Source: Octopus vulgaris (lineage: Eukaryota). From it: a stretch of DNA of 64,000 bases. The notes below the pieces were generated by a model. The model was not told the origin of the DNA and made no database searches. It saw only the letters and a list, made by a program, of their open reading frames with translations. This document shows, piece by piece, positions 11,960-26,355 of this stretch. The stretch is taken from positions 21,328,001 to 21,392,000 of the forward strand of contig OX597827.1 in NCBI GenBank assembly GCA_951406725.2, written 5' to 3'. The position numbers and the translations under genes are program-made. The first letter of the stretch is position 1. Every line of letters starts with the position of its first letter.

Positions 11960-13297
11960 TAAATAACACTGTGTTGGAGTGGGAGAGTGTCCCACCCAAA
12001 CAGTGGATAAAAGACTTTGAAGAGAGGACGGTGGTGCTGTGAACGTACTCCAAGTCACTTGACACTATCGCCCTCTTTCAAAAGAGTGGAATTGAGAAAG
12101 AGTTGGCAGAATATTTGCCAACTATTAAATTCATCTCCAACGGTGTGGTTGCTGTTTGACACCCCTGAGGAGGCTTGCAAATTTGTGAGCCAGCCCTTGA
12201 AGGGCAAAGAGATCTTGTTTCTTCCCACGTATTATAGGAAGAAGTAGACAAGAGCTTGGGTCTATGGGTTGCCACCCAGGATAGAACCCAAGTGGATAGA
12301 GGAAAACTATCTGCCGGGGTCTGGGTGGCAGTGGAGCCAAGCTCCTCAATATGAAGATTTTTCCTGTGGCTGATTGGGTTAGGTCTAAAGCTGTTTTAAC
12401 CCTGTGGACCCTATCAGCCAAGAATTTGGTTTTTCCAAATTTTTTGAAAATTGCCTGGTGCAGGTACCCAGTGAGTCTTGAGGGACGCCCCCCACCCTCA
12501 AGTGTCACCAGTGCCTGGAACTGGACCACTTCAAAAAGAACTGTCCCCAGGACTACAGTAGGGTCCTGGAGCAGTTGGTTGTGGAAAAGCACCCCCTCTC
12601 CTCCTCTGGAAGGAGAGATGGAGGTAGGCGAGGAAGGAGAGATGGAGGTAGGCGAGGAAGGAGAGACCTCCCCCAGAAAAATGGGGTAAAAAAGGAAGAA
12701 GGGGAGCAACAATGGTTGCTCACCAAAGGATCCAAAAGCTGTGGGAGGAAGCTATGTTCTTCCGGTTAAAGCGAAGGAACCAAACCCTCCCGTACCAAAG
12801 GCAAAAAAAAAAAGAAAAAATGGAACGGGACAGTGCTGGCAGTTTACAGTGCACTACCAGCATATCCCAAAACCTTGTCGGTGGGAATTGTGCCACCGAC
12901 AGAGAAAACTATGGCCCCTCCCAGTGAAAATTATGAGGAATTTGTGATCTTCTTTCTCAAGGGAGGGGCAGTAGAGAACTTTGTAAGAAGTTTTGAAGGT
13001 CGGGAACTGGCGGTTCCGACTTGCATTGATGGCCCACATTGGCCTCCGCAGGTGGCTGTGGAGGTCATGGAAGAGAGTAACTTTTATAAGATAATGCATG
13101 CCTTTTCTAAGGAGGAATTCAATTATCTTTTCTGGGTCCCCGACTTGCTACTGTGGGATTGCCTGCAGGCAGCGAGAGATTTGATCGGGGAGGTGGAGTG
13201 AGAGGTCTTGGCGCCTTGATTAACATGGAACTTTTTGACTACTGTAAGAGGTTTATTACCTCATTAGTGTTTAAATAAAAAAAAGAGAAAAAAAGAA
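11960..13297 (+). mobile_element. Degenerate ORF1 (gag-like CCHC knuckle) element of L1/Tx1 type with A-rich end
   Basis: Frameshifted reading VSLEGRPP-LKCHQCLELDHFKKNCPQ at ~12470-12550; 21-bp tandem repeat at 12610-12665; AATAAA/A-rich end at ~13273-13297; no RT recognised. Confidence 0.55.
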
Positions 13298-13574
13298 CAG
13301 TGTTCTCGAGGGGCATCGATTGGCAGGGGTCATTTGCTTCCTTCATCAATATCATTATTTTGTTCATCATTCATCTCATTTTTGTGTTGTTGTCCAGCCC
13401 GCAATTGCTTCTATCTTTGTAATGCCTTTATGGCAAATTTGATGAAATAAAGAAGCTTGTTTCCCAACCACAGGGTTCTAGGTTCACTTCCAATGTGCAG
13501 CACCTTGAGCAAGTGTCTTCTACAACAGCTCTGGGCCAACTGAAGCCTTGTGAGTGGATTTGGCAAATGGTTTT

Positions 13575-14712
13575 TTTCAGACAAATAGTCAGATTGAATT
13601 CCTGGCAGGTCCTCACAGTGCTCTGTCAATGCTGCATCATCTGCAAACAGTATTTCTCTGATGAGTATTTGACGAACCCTTGATTTCAAGTTCAGCTTTG
13701 ACAGACTAAGTGGTTCTCTGTCTGATCTGGTGTTGGGGTAGACACCATCAGCTGATGTTCCAAATGCATGTTTCAACATGACTGTGAAGATGAAGCCAAA
13801 TGGGGCAGGGTGCAAGCGCACCACCCCACTTCACACTGCTGCCTATGATGAATGCTTCTAAAGAAGAGCCCCCTAACTGAATGATGCTTTTCATACCTGC
13901 ATGAAACAACTGGACATGCTCCACCCCCACCATCAACAACTATCAGCTGGAGGTAGTCCATGAATTCACCTACCTCAGCTCTACCATCACTGATAGCCCC
14001 TTCTTGGAGCCTGAGATCAGCAGGTGAGCTGTATGAGCATCCTCCACATTTGCCAAGCTGATGAAGAGAGTCTGGGAAAACAGAAAACTGACCACAAACA
14101 CCAAGATTGCTGTCTACAAGGTGTGCGTCCTCAACACACTACTTCATGGCAGTGAAGACATGGAGCCTCTACTCCAGACAGGAGCAGTGTTCCAATGTCT
14201 TCCACCTTCATTGCATCTTGGATATGAAGCGGACCGACTGAGTCAACCAGCAACAAAGTCCTCAACCATGCCAAGACAACCTGCTCCAATTGCACTGGCT
14301 CAGTCATGCATGTTGTATGCTGGATGGGAGGATTGCAAAAGACCTCCTGTATGGGAAATTGGCCACTGGCACAAGAACATGAGGATGGCCTCATCTTTGT
14401 TTCAAGGACATATCCGAGAGAGATATGAAGTCAATAGATCTGGACGTCCTGAGATGGGAGGAGGTAACAAATGGTTGCCCACACTGGAGACCAGTACTAT
14501 GCAAGGAGATGGAGCGAGGGAAAGAGAAAATGAAACTTGCCACTGAAGGAAAGGAAAACTGTGTTGTGCTGGTGGAGAGGTTCTTCCAATGCAGTCGCTG
14601 CATGTAAGACTGCCATTCCCATGTGGGCCTGTACAGCCACGGCAGACATTGCACCACCATCAGCAGCTGACACAAAATTCTCCAGGTACAGATCCACGGT
14701 TTTTCAAGACCA
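13575..14712. mobile_element. RTE-clade LINE remnant with inverted 5' segment
   Basis: Minus 13575-~13890 encodes ..LIREILFADDAAL..QEFNLTICLKKT; plus ~13905-14712 encodes ..INNYQLEVVHEFTYL..KRVWENRKLTTNTKIAVYK. Confidence 0.8.
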
Positions 14713-15584
14713 ATGGATGGCTATCTATCCATATGTGTGTGTGTGCTTGTTCCCTACCATCATTGGACAACCAATGTTGGTTTGTTTGCTTCCATGTAAT
14801 TTAATGGCCCCAGCCAAAGAGACTAAAGAAATAAACTCCAGGTTTAAAAGAAATTAGTACTGGGACAGATTCCTTCGACTAAAACTCTTCAAGGTGGGGC
14901 CCCAGCATGGCCACGGTCTAATGACTAAAAACAAGTAAAAGATAAAAGAACATGAAAAAACAGAAAGGGCTCGACATGGTCAGCTGGTTTGCTAGAAGTA
15001 GCAGCCAGCTAAATCGGCCTAAAATCTCACTCTACTGTCTTCCACACATCATTTAATTGTCGTCCTAGATATACTATGAAAAAATATGAAGTGGTCATGG
15101 CTAGAACACCCGTGATCATGTGTCTGCATGATAAGAATTAATTCCGGAGTTAAACAACAAATTTTACATTTCAGAGGAAATATAAAAAAGAAGTTTTAGT
15201 TACCCCCCCCCCCACTTCTTAAGTCAATTACTCCACTTTTATGATCTGAGATATCCATCAATTGGTTAACCTAATTGCTATCTGATGTTAGGTCACTGCC
15301 ATCTAACTTGTCTTCTGAACTTAGGATCATAAGTTAACGAAACACTCATCAATGTTATAGTGCTGCCACTGGTTACTGCGGCGAATTGTTCCTAATGTAC
15401 AATATCTTTCTTCATCCAGGTGGACTGAGAGTTAAATTGCTTCACCACAAATGTAACATATCACAGGATATGTTACATATGTTTGACCTTGGACCTGGTT
15501 ATCAGTGCCTTGAACTGGTGTTTGGTCCTAAGTCAAGCAGAAATATAATTGACAGTGTTACAGCAAAAGCCATTCCAGTTATCA

Positions 15585-15905
15585 TCATCATTTAATGTCT
15601 GTTTTCCATGATATATATATATGTGCCACGTAAAAAGCACTAAGTCCACTGCACTGAGTGGTTGGTGTCAGGAAGGGCATCCAGCTGTAAAACCTTGCTG
15701 AAACTGACCTCACCTGTGCTTGGGCCACATAAAATGCACTAAGTCCACTCTGCCAAATGGCTGGTGTTAGGAAGGGCATCCAACTGTAAAAATCCTGCCA
15801 AAACAGTTACAGAAGTCAGGTTTCTGCCTGGCCAGCTCCTGTCAAACCATCCCACCCATGCCAGCATGGTAGACAGAAGTTAAACAATGATGATGATAAT
15901 GATGA
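15585..15905 (+). mobile_element. RTE-type 3' tail repeats (family C)
   Basis: GGAAGGGCATCCAGCTGTAAAA motif twice and CCCATGCCAGCATGG..(TGA)n tail; complementary to 54229-54830, 56740-56910 and 59640-59816. Confidence 0.65.
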
Positions 15906-15910
15906 AATAA

Positions 15911-16281
15911 AGTGTGGCTGTGTAGTAAGAAGTTTGCTTCCCAACCACATCATTCTGGGTTCAGTCCCACTGCATGGCATCTTAGGCAAGTGTCTTTTAC
16001 TTACTATAGCCTCGGGAAGATTCAAAGCCTTGTCAATGGATTTGGTAAACGGAAACTGAAAGAAGCCTGTCGTATGTGTGTGTGTCCCACCACCACTTGA
16101 CAACCAATGTTGGTGTGTTTACATCCTCATAAATTAGCAGTCTGGCAAAAGGGACTGATGTAATGAGTACCAAGTTTAACAAAAGATTAAGTCCTGAGGT
16201 CAACTCATTTGACCAAAAATCCAAGGTGGTGCCCCAGCATGGCCACAGTCTAATGACAGAGGCAAGCAAAAGATAAAAAGA
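15911..16281 (+). mobile_element. SINE family B (diverged)
   Basis: Collinear with 3331-3742. Confidence 0.8.
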
Positions 16282-16681
16282 TATATAAGGACTTTTGCAC
16301 ATTAACCAGGTCCCAGCTTGAAAACTTTCTTTTTGTGGAAAGGTCGTGACTTTTATTAGAATATGGCACATGTTTAAGACACATATATAAAACAAAACCA
16401 CACTAAAAATACAAATCCAAAACCGGGAGAACGAATTGGAAGAAGAGGAACAAAGGAAGAAAAAGAGAGAAGAGGAACAAAGGAAGAAAAGAAGAAAAGG
16501 AAGAAGAAAACACCCATCAATTCAACACCAATGTGTTTCAACTGGTTGCACACCACAAGGTTCAGTGGAACCTATTGAAGCAAGCCAACACACTCATGAC
16601 ATTACTGTGGGTGATGGCGATGCTAAGGCACCAGAACAGTCAAGCACCTTCATGGGCATCACCTGCCTCCTTGGTAAGGTG

Positions 16682-16795
16682 CACTAGCATAGCTGGAGGG
16701 GGGGCACTTTTAAAGGGGCACCACTTTGGGGTCTGCTGTAGGCAATGTGTTTTTTGTGGGGTCCAAGAGTGGCACACACTCTATCTATGCTAGTG
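16682..16795. mobile_element. Small hAT-type MITE
   Basis: TIR CACTAGCATAG/CTATGCTAGTG with exact 8-bp TSD GTAAGGTG (16674-16681; 16796-16803). Confidence 0.75.
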
Positions 16796-19700
16796 GTAAG
16801 GTGAGCTGCCAACAATGACAAGAACTTTGCTGTCTGCAGCCCAGCCCCTCTAAATATCTCAAGCGCCACAGGCTGGAAGAAATATGGTTCACTGACTGGT
16901 CCTGATAATTAAGAATTTTGTTCCATTTGGCTATGGGAGCAGTGACCTCCCGTTTACCACAGTATCCAGGATGTGGGAGGGAACAAAGGAGTCACAGACG
17001 GTGGCATCCCAGATGAGGTACCTACATCTTACCTTAAGGACAAAGGGTAAGAACACCTGGTTTTTTTCCCCATTGCTTCTAGATAAACCCACCAGCTCTA
17101 GAACTGAGGGGATACTAACCCAAACCAGAGCTCACTTAATGATTAAGTTTATCTTGGTGTGACGAGCAGAATGACCAGCATTTAGGCAGCAAAGCAAACA
17201 GTGGAGTTGAGGGGCCTGCCACAGCGACATCTCAGGACCCCACAAACGTTGGCTCCATTCTGAGAGCAATGGAGATGAGGAACTTATCTAAACTAAGTAG
17301 ACCACCAATATTGGCCATAGGCAGGGTATCAATTCAGCCCCCTATTTGCCAGATCCTTGACTCAGAGGCTTGTTTACAATGAAGGCAATACTATCTGTCG
17401 TACCACTGATAATAGCGGAGAGAAGTGACTAAACTGAATTAACCAGACTTAAAACAGGTGATTTCTATCCACGGTATAGCTGTCTAGTTATAAACAAAAT
17501 TTCCTTCTAAGATAAAGAGTCATCTTAGAAAGGCTGCCATTTTAACATGAGTGATAAAGGAACGGAGACCTCAATGGATGGTTTTCATTTAATACAAAAT
17601 GGGTTTTTTTAAAACTCAGATATTTCCACCTCATTCACTTGAAAGTAGTAAAGTTAGGTTACTTTCATTTTTCTATTCACCTTATTGTGGTTGATTGATC
17701 GATCATTTCTATTTTGATTGTATAACATATTTCGCCTTCCATCCTTCTGAGATCGATGTAATAGGGAACCAGCTGTGCACTGGGGCCGATGTCATCGACC
17801 AACCCCTTCTCCAAAACGTCGGCCTTGAGCCTCAAGTAGAAAGCATTACACACGTGTGTGTGCGGGGGGATGTCCCAGTGTGTCAACAAAATTAATTACC
17901 AGTTGGACAGTTTTAAATGAACAAAACAAGTTAATCGAGTGAGAAAATTATACGGAATAAAAACGAAAAAGTTAAAACTTAATAACCGTTTGTAGTTTAG
18001 AGTGAAGAAAGCTGGTAGTTCTGAGGGGAGGGAAAAGTCGATTACATCGACCTCAGTACTTGACTGGTATTTTATTTTATCGACCCTTGAGAGTGTTAAA
18101 AGTAAAGTTCACCTTGGCCAGATTTGAACTCGTAATGCACAAAGCCGGAACAAATATGTAAGATAACTTTTCCGATTAGTCCATAATATTCCCAAGTTAT
18201 CAGGAAGAGAGGAGGAAAAGTATGGATATATTATTTGGATGATGTTCGGTTGTGATCAGCAGCCACTGGCTGTTGACAGTTTGTGGTCGAACTAAACACA
18301 GCAACACCATCATTTTCTTGTTTGTGTTAGAAGTTGTCCACGAACATGGATGTCAACAGGTACCTGCCCCATCATTGGGGACAGGCTACACTAAGAAAGT
18401 CGAGGCAGTTAGGGTAATAACACACACACACACACACACATATATATCTGTATATATATATATATATAAGAATACCTTTATATGTCAGAGCAAAATTAAC
18501 AGGGACCATACATCAATTAATTAGTACCAATTATTTATATATATAGGAATATCATGTATATCGTGTGTCTGTGTTTATGCATGTAAGGCTGATATATATA
18601 TATATAAGCTGTATCGTAGGCCAACAACACCGTTAATACAGACAACAGGGCGATTAAAGGGTCAACAGCAACAACATTCGACTTGGGACACACACACAAC
18701 CACATTGTAAATAAACTCATCAACCGAAACGCACCTTCTGCTTTCTTCCAAGTAGTTTCTCTCTCTTCTTAAGCGACACACGTACAAATGTCCCCAGTAA
18801 CACATCACTTGAGCAGCGTCGACCAACTTTCAGTTAGATTATTTGCTATTTATTATTTAACAAGTCCCCAACATTCGAGACTCTTAATTAAAGCACGTGT
18901 TATGGCGGACGCTGTTGTCAGCACTAACTAATCTATCATAGAGAGACGGTGTTGAAGGATAAATTACACACACCGACACACACGGATAATTAATCATCTC
19001 TCTATCTATTTATCTATCGATAAACATGTTTATGGTTATTAATACAGTCTTTTCCTGCTGACACCGAGCTAAGATTTTCCTAGATTCTAAATTGCAGATT
19101 AAAATAATATTGCTAAGCCATAAGTCAACGGTGACACCAATGATCAGAGACATTCCAAGCATGACCTGTTTGTCTTTTTATGATTATGTCAGACTGCATT
19201 ATTCCCAAGACAGTGGCGTGGGCTTTGAAACGGGGCTGCTATTTCTAGCAGACTATGTCGATTGAAGGCACAGATACCCCCACCACGTCTCTTTGGCTCG
19301 TGGAGATTAGGGTTGTTGCTGTAGCTTAATAACATCGGGTCAGCCTTGATCCAACTAACAAATAATTAAAATATGTTCCAGCTGAGACCATCCTGTGTTT
19401 TTCTTTCTTTCTCAAATATAGTATTCACACTATCCATTGTCTTGCCTCTTTTCTTTTTTAATAATAATGGTCAATTGTGATTTGAGGGAGATTTCACTGC
19501 TATCTAACGGCATTGTACAATGATTTTGCAGCAGTCGAAGGTCTGATATATTTAAAGAAGGAGGCACCCGCACAAGACAGCCGAAGCCCACTCTGCACCG
19601 CTGTTGTTATCTTTAGGTTCAGTCACGGCACAGAAGTTACTTAATTATGGTGTGGTACAACTTTTACTTGATGTTATTTCCACCGAATTAACCCCTCTGC

Positions 19701-19858
19701 TTCCATACCTGCTTAACTATCCACTTTTCATCACTGGTCAGTGGACAGTTTTTTTAAAAAGGGAGATTTTTTTTCTCTCACGTGAATAAAGGGCAGTGCA
19801 GATAGTGACACGGGTTTTGTTTGTTTTTTATTTTTGGTGTGGAACCCACTTGCCAAGC

Positions 19859-20345
19859 TTAGGCAAGATTCCAAGTTCTTGCAAATGGCGATGAATTAAC
19901 CTCTTCTGCTAACTCTTCAAGAGTTGCATATGGATTTCTTCCAGTAGCAGCTTTCTGTACATCATTATCAAAAGTGACCGGGCGACCAGAGCGGCGGACA
20001 TCTTCCAAGTTAAAGTCCCCTTGTTGAAATTTATGGAACCATCGTTGACACTTCCGAATATTCAAAACACCTTCGCCATACAGTTCTTGCACATTTCTAG
20101 CATTGTTGCCTTTTTTATACTCGTAAAACATGATGTGGCTAATGTGCTCCTCCGTGGGCTCCATTTTCATGAGGGGCTATTAAAACCAACAAATTATTGG
20201 GTTCTGCAAGCCAAAATCTATCTAACTAAAGCTGTCCTTGCTCTGTGGCATTTATGCACCTGTGAAAAAAATCTTGTTCAAACGTGTTAGAGCATGTTTT
20301 AACAAGTACGGTCTGAAAAACAAAAATTACGGGATGATCTGATAT
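19859..20345 (-). mobile_element. Mariner transposase N-terminal (HTH) fragment
   Basis: HIMFYEYKKG..YGEGVL..RKCQRWF.KF..GDFNLED..RSGRP is a mariner DNA-binding domain signature; truncated. Confidence 0.85.
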
Positions 20346-20799
20346 TAAATATTTACGTATGAGTTGTGTGTCTTAAGGCCAGTTGTTTCGGGGGCCCAAT
20401 TCTGATCTATGTATGTTATAGCTTGCTGTCAATAAATATATACCATAGGGGCCAGTACATTGATTTGTCTGGAGGAAGGGGCGGGCTATAATGCTATTTT
20501 ATTCTTTATTATCCACGAAGGGACTAAAAGAGAGGACATTACAAGTGGGGTAAAAAAAAATCGAATGAAAATGAATGATTATAAAAATGAGAAAGATGAA
20601 ATGATGGTTATTTGGGCTCCACGACCCAGGTAACATCACTGAACAATTTTTAAACGTACATAAATTTTCAAGTTTTTTTTTTTAAACTTTGCTTGGTGTT
20701 GCTAGTTTTTTTCTGTCTTTTCTTTGAGTGTTTTCAATTGTCTCTGATGTTTTGTGATCTTGTTTGAATGTTCGTTTTTAAACACCATCACTTACCTCA

Positions 20800-21400
20800 G
20801 TAGATGCAGAAGTCAACGGTCCTCCCTCGTCACGATATATCTTCCCTTGTCGAGACCATCTCCATCACCTCTTCTCCTTGTCCCCTGGGACTTCCTCTTC
20901 CATTCTCTCCTGTTGCACACTAACCTTCCTCTGCCTTTCTCCCTGTGCTTCAGGTGTAGGGCCTGGGGGCACGTTTTTCTTATGTGCCCCTTTTGTCAGC
21001 ACCCGAAGCACTTTGGAATTCTGCCCTGTACGGCTACCTTCAGCTTCGTATCATCCGGAAGAATGATGAATTCAGGTATATTGTCCATGTCTGCTGGAGT
21101 GGCTTGAATCGTTGCTCTTACAGCCCTCCGCACCAGTTCAGGACACTTCTCTCCCGCGTTTCCGTAAATGTCACCTCCTCTTTTATATTAGTGAAGGCGG
21201 CTGCCAAGAGCCATATCGGTTTGATTTCCTGTGCGAAACCTTCTATAAATGTTTTAGTTGCAGAGTCGACCCTGGTATCACTCTCCGCCATGAACTGAGC
21301 ATCCACTGTATCATATCGCTTATCACGTTTTACAAAAGCAATTTTATACATAATAGGCTTCAATGCCTTCTCTATTTTTCAATGCACAATCGAAATAGGG
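20800..21400 (-). mobile_element. Degenerate ORF1 zinc-knuckle remnant (L1/Tx1 type)
   Basis: Minus-strand LKVAVQGRIPKCFGC*QKGHIRKTCPQ at ~20965-21045, preceded by ..IEGFAQEIKPIWL..; same architecture as the 12 kb element. Confidence 0.55.
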
Positions 21401-21771
21401 TGCTTGCCAATTTGTTTATTTATTTATTTATTTACTGGGCATTCCTGTAGAACAGACTCGGAAATTATCGAGTGCAGGGAAAAAATTCTTTCGATCTGCA
21501 TAATTTAAGAATCGTAGATGAATCTGCACACAGAAAGTGCCCTCGCATCACTCTATAATTTATAAATTTTGACTTTCGAATTTTTTTTTTTTAGCTTTAA
21601 CATCATACGTATCATAAAGCCCCCCCCCCCCACACACACACACACATAACGAAGTGTGTCATGGAAGATAATAAATGCTGTTGTGAATTTTTAGCCTTAA
21701 TAGGAGCTGAATTCGTGGATCGCTTCGTTAAACCTAGCACTGAACTGCATGTTAAAAATTGTAATCACCAA

Positions 21772-22330
21772 TACAGGGTGTCTCCAAAAAAATCGACATT
21801 ATTTGAAATGTGAATATCTGAGCAACTATATATCCTAGGCAAACGAAATTAAATAGGCTTCATGTTGAACAATAAAGGATTTATTTATCAAAATTCGAAC
21901 AGGGAATTCAGAGGGATGTAGATTTTATAACCGATTTCACAAAGCTTTACAAATATTCTGTATGCGCACCGCCTGTGACATGAAACACGTCAAGTCGGTA
22001 GTCGAGCTTCTGCCAAACACGCTTGTTTTGAATAACATTCTCCAGTGCCTCAGTGATACTCTGCTTGAGTTCTTCTAGGCTTGTCGTTTCATATAACCCC
22101 ATAGAAAAAAAACATCACAAGGTGTCAAGTCAGGTGAACGTGGTGGCCATTTCAACAGCCCATTGTCCTTATAACTGGCATCCATCTCCCTGGCAGATTC
22201 TCATGGAGATAAGCCTGCACAGAAAGCTTCTAGTGAGGTGGAGCCTCATGCTGTTGATAAGTGAAGTGTTCATGCTCATTTGCAATGAGCTCATCAAATA
22301 ACCATTTATGAAGCATTTGCAGATAAACAC
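21772..22330 (-). mobile_element. Tc1/mariner-superfamily transposon remnant
   Basis: TA-CAGGGTGT terminus at 21772; minus-strand WPPRSPDLTPCD..LWGY motif at ~22090-22150. Confidence 0.75.
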
Positions 22331-25300
22331 TCATGAGAGAAGCTGCAGGAAGAAGAATATGAGTAAAGATATTTTTGCACCTCAACTTTAAAACTGTTTG
22401 ACTTATACATGAGTTCATTGATCTGAAGTCTATGAAATTAATAACAGAAACAATAAAATTGAGATCCTGCAGCACAGATTTCTGTGTCCTTTTTTTCAAT
22501 GGAAAGACAATAAAATCTAACCATGGTCAAAAGTCATTGTAAATCATTAAAGACGAACATTTCAGAACAAAATCAACAATACATACCTGAGATTTTTTTT
22601 GTAAGTATTTTTTCCTCAAAAATTTATTATCCAGAGATATGTCTGAGGTGGTCTTCGGTCACTGCTCATTGACTGAATTGGTGAGATTCTTTCGCTTGCA
22701 TCCCCAAATTCTTGATGTTTCCAGTGTAAATTCACAATGAAAACCACAAAAGGAGAGAGAGGATTGGACAAGGGAAGAGGACAGTGGAAAACTAGGGGCT
22801 GGCTGAAGATGGGAAAGATGGAGAAAGAAAAGGGTTTTGTCTCTTTCTGTGAATGTACGGCCTCTCTGGGTTGTGGACATTGATTGATTGACTGGATAAA
22901 AAGAGTTACTTCGATGAGTTTTATAAAATGTTATTTTTACTTCCAGGAATCATATCCATTGCTATGACAACAAACCGTCACATGAATAACCTACTCAATC
23001 GGTTGCTCAGTCTACTAGAAATAGCAGCATAACCTCCCTCAAATCACACCCTAATGTTATATATAAAGATAGGATACATTAAAGCAGCCCTATACGTTCT
23101 TAATACAATGAAGGTGGCATTATCTTCGATCATTCAACACCGACTTGAACTCAGTGTCACATTTATATTAGCCCTACACCTTTGCCTCTTGTAACCCATC
23201 GAGAGCAATTTTATTATCTTCATAAAAATTTATGCCCCACATTAGAGAAATGGGATACAACAAGACATTGGTTCAATTTCATATTTTTGAGAGTTTATCC
23301 AGAAAATCAGCTTCCATCTGGTTGTAGAGTGAGCGTTAATATTCTTTTAATGTAATAAGAAATTTTAATCAATTCAAATTGCAACTGAAATGAGGTGAAA
23401 AAACATTAATTAATGATTAATTATCAGGAAAGTGAGAGGAGACAATTTTAGAATTTTTAAATTGATTAAAATGAATTAGTTATTAAATATATGAGGAGTG
23501 AATCTGAAGCATGGTGTAAGGATAACTCTAGACATGCTTCTGCTTTGATAGACCTCATCAGCAACACTGTCTAACTGTTAAAGAAAAAATCTTACAAAGG
23601 TTTGAGATGTACAGAATTTTAGAGAATAAACAATGATTTGTGCAGGAACTTGAAAGAACAACTGAAAAATAACTAAAATTGGTAATTATTTTGTGATGAC
23701 CAGGAAGCATTAGAATATGCATTATATCTCTCCTTCCCTCTCTCTTTCACATATACAGCCATCCATTCATAAGTGCTAGTCCTTAACGGGTTAATTCATT
23801 CAACTAACAATTCTTCAAGGCGATGCCCCAGCATGGCTGCAATCTAATAACTGAAACACACACACACACACCTTATATGAAGGTATGTAGCCTGGTGGTT
23901 AGGCTGTTTGGCTCTTGGCTATAAAGAAACGGGTTCAATATCTGGATTCGGTGGCTTGTTGTGTCCTGGAGTAAGATGCTTCATTTCATGTTGTTTTACT
24001 CTGCTCAGCTGGGGTAACCTTCTCTCCCTACCTCCAGCTTTCACATCCGCAATGATCTGTTGGGTGAAAGGTGGGAAGATCAAGACGGCATCCATGTCTG
24101 TAGATACTTCAAATAGCGAAAGCATGAGGCAAGTGACCAGGGTGAGGCTCACTTGTGATGGCTAATCTTTTTTTTTCCCCAAGTATTATTTTGTTCCATA
24201 GGGGTGAAGATATTTGGTGAAGAGCATAAAGTTAGAAACAATTATAGTTAGAATTAACCATAACATTTAAAGTTATAACAATTAAAGAATTAACATAACA
24301 ATTAAAGTTAGAAACAATTATAGGGTGAGGATGAGCTGGCAGAATTGTAAGGATGTTGATGGCTGTGTGAGAAGTTTGCTCCCCAGCCATGTGGGTCCAT
24401 GTTCAATCCCATTGTGTCGTCCACTTTTGCCTTGGGCCAAACAAAGTCTTGTGAGTGGATTTCGTTAATGGAAACTGAAAGCCCGTCGTCTACACATGCG
24501 TGTATATGTTTTTACGTCTGTGCTTGTTCCCCACCACCGTTTGACAACCGGTGTTGGCGTGTTTACGTCCATGTAACTTAACAGTTCAGCTCCATCCAAT
24601 CCTTGCAAGAATGGGAAACCAATGTTAAATGTTGATGATGATGAAAAATGTCAAATTAAGAACGAGAAACTAAAATCACCAACATTTAACAAAACTTTGG
24701 TAATCCCAATAAATTCAAGTTAGAGTTTGAATGAAAAGAAGAAAGAAAAAAAAAAAAACTAAAAATATGAAACAGAACACTTTAATAAAATTGACGTTCA
24801 TGGTTGTTTGATTGTATTTCAATAATAAAGATGGCATCACATCAATCTGTACAATTTTTAATCTACAAAAAAATCTTTTTTTGTTATTTAAGTTCCTCTT
24901 TATCATTTAATTCCTGCCATTTTTATAGTTTCGTTTAAACAGTTGCTTTTTCACATATGTATCAATATATATATATATATATATATATTTAGTTTACTGT
25001 TCCATTGAGGTAGGATCAACGAAAAATATGTATTCCATCCAGTGAGAGATAAATATCACTTAATGTCCACAGTAATTAACCATGTGCTCTGAGCCTAGAG
25101 ATTGCTTGGAGGCACAAGACATTATCAATCTGCCTAATTTCTGTGTCTTTATGGCAAGAAGCTATCACTAGCTCTTAATTCAAATACTGACTACAGTAAA
25201 TAATATATTGGTATTTATATATTAATATTTCATATAATCAGTATTAGCAAAGGAGTAGGGGAGGTTCTGAAATTTGAATAAATATGTAAATGCTTTATAG

Positions 25301-26355
25301 AAGAGTATTTTTAACCATCAAGTATTCTGAAGCATTTTGAAACCTGCTTGAGACTCACCTCTGGTCCTATGATACAAACTTCTCTTTTAAGATCGTCTCA
25401 ATTAGAACCTGCCAAAAGTACGTTAACTTACGTTCCAAACACCAGCTTAATAATGACAAATCTATTTTACTAAATTCATTTTTTCAAATTTAATGGACAC
25501 AAATACCGTATTGCAAGGGTTAACTAGCAAACAGTAGAGGCTTTCTGCTTACATAGATGACCAGTTTCTCAAGGAGATTGACTAATTTCACTGAATCAAC
25601 TTCAGCATATCACCACTTCTTATTTTGTTAACTCTAAACTTATTGAAATATAATGAAATTAAGCAGCATTTGAACTCAGAACCTAGAGGGATGAAACCAA
25701 ATACTGTTTCACTATCTTCACTGCCATTTAAACTCAAAATATTAAATACATGTTGCTGTTTATAAACTCAACCTTGGTACTCAGGTTAGATAAATTATTG
25801 AATATTGATCAATCACACCTCATTTACAGGTGTTCTTCAACATGGTGACTGATAAGGCTGATCATTTGTATGACAAGTATAGTCAGTCTGATGGGCTTTC
25901 TCAGTTTCTGGCAACCCCAAAGATGTGAGTTAAAGACTTCCTGGCTACAATTGTCTCCATACAGGTTTCCAAATATTTTCAGCCATTTAAAGTCTGTGGC
26001 AGCAACACTTTCCTGGAATTTACAGGAATACTTTGAAAGCTGAATGAATATTTAGAACAGATGTTAACCAGTGAAGATGTAGTATTTATTTTCCAATTAG
26101 GTTTAATTAAACCCCATGGATTGTGCTTGAAGTGCAACCTGCTCTAATATCTGAACACAAGTAAATAATAATCGGAACTCTAAAATACCAGGCAGTCCAG
26201 TGTCGAACCTCAGGGAAGGAAATCAATCCCTCTTACTTTGCAATGAAATATTATTTTGAACTATTTTTCAGAAAATGTAAGTAAATGATACTAAATGAAA
26301 ACAAAAAATCTCTTTCATTAAAATAAATCATCTCTAAGAGAGAATGAGCTGAAAT

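Noticed and set aside
23528-23570. Minus-strand CUGAUGA...GAAGCAUGUC hammerhead-like string
   Set aside because: Stems I and II do not pair convincingly; at most a very old relic.
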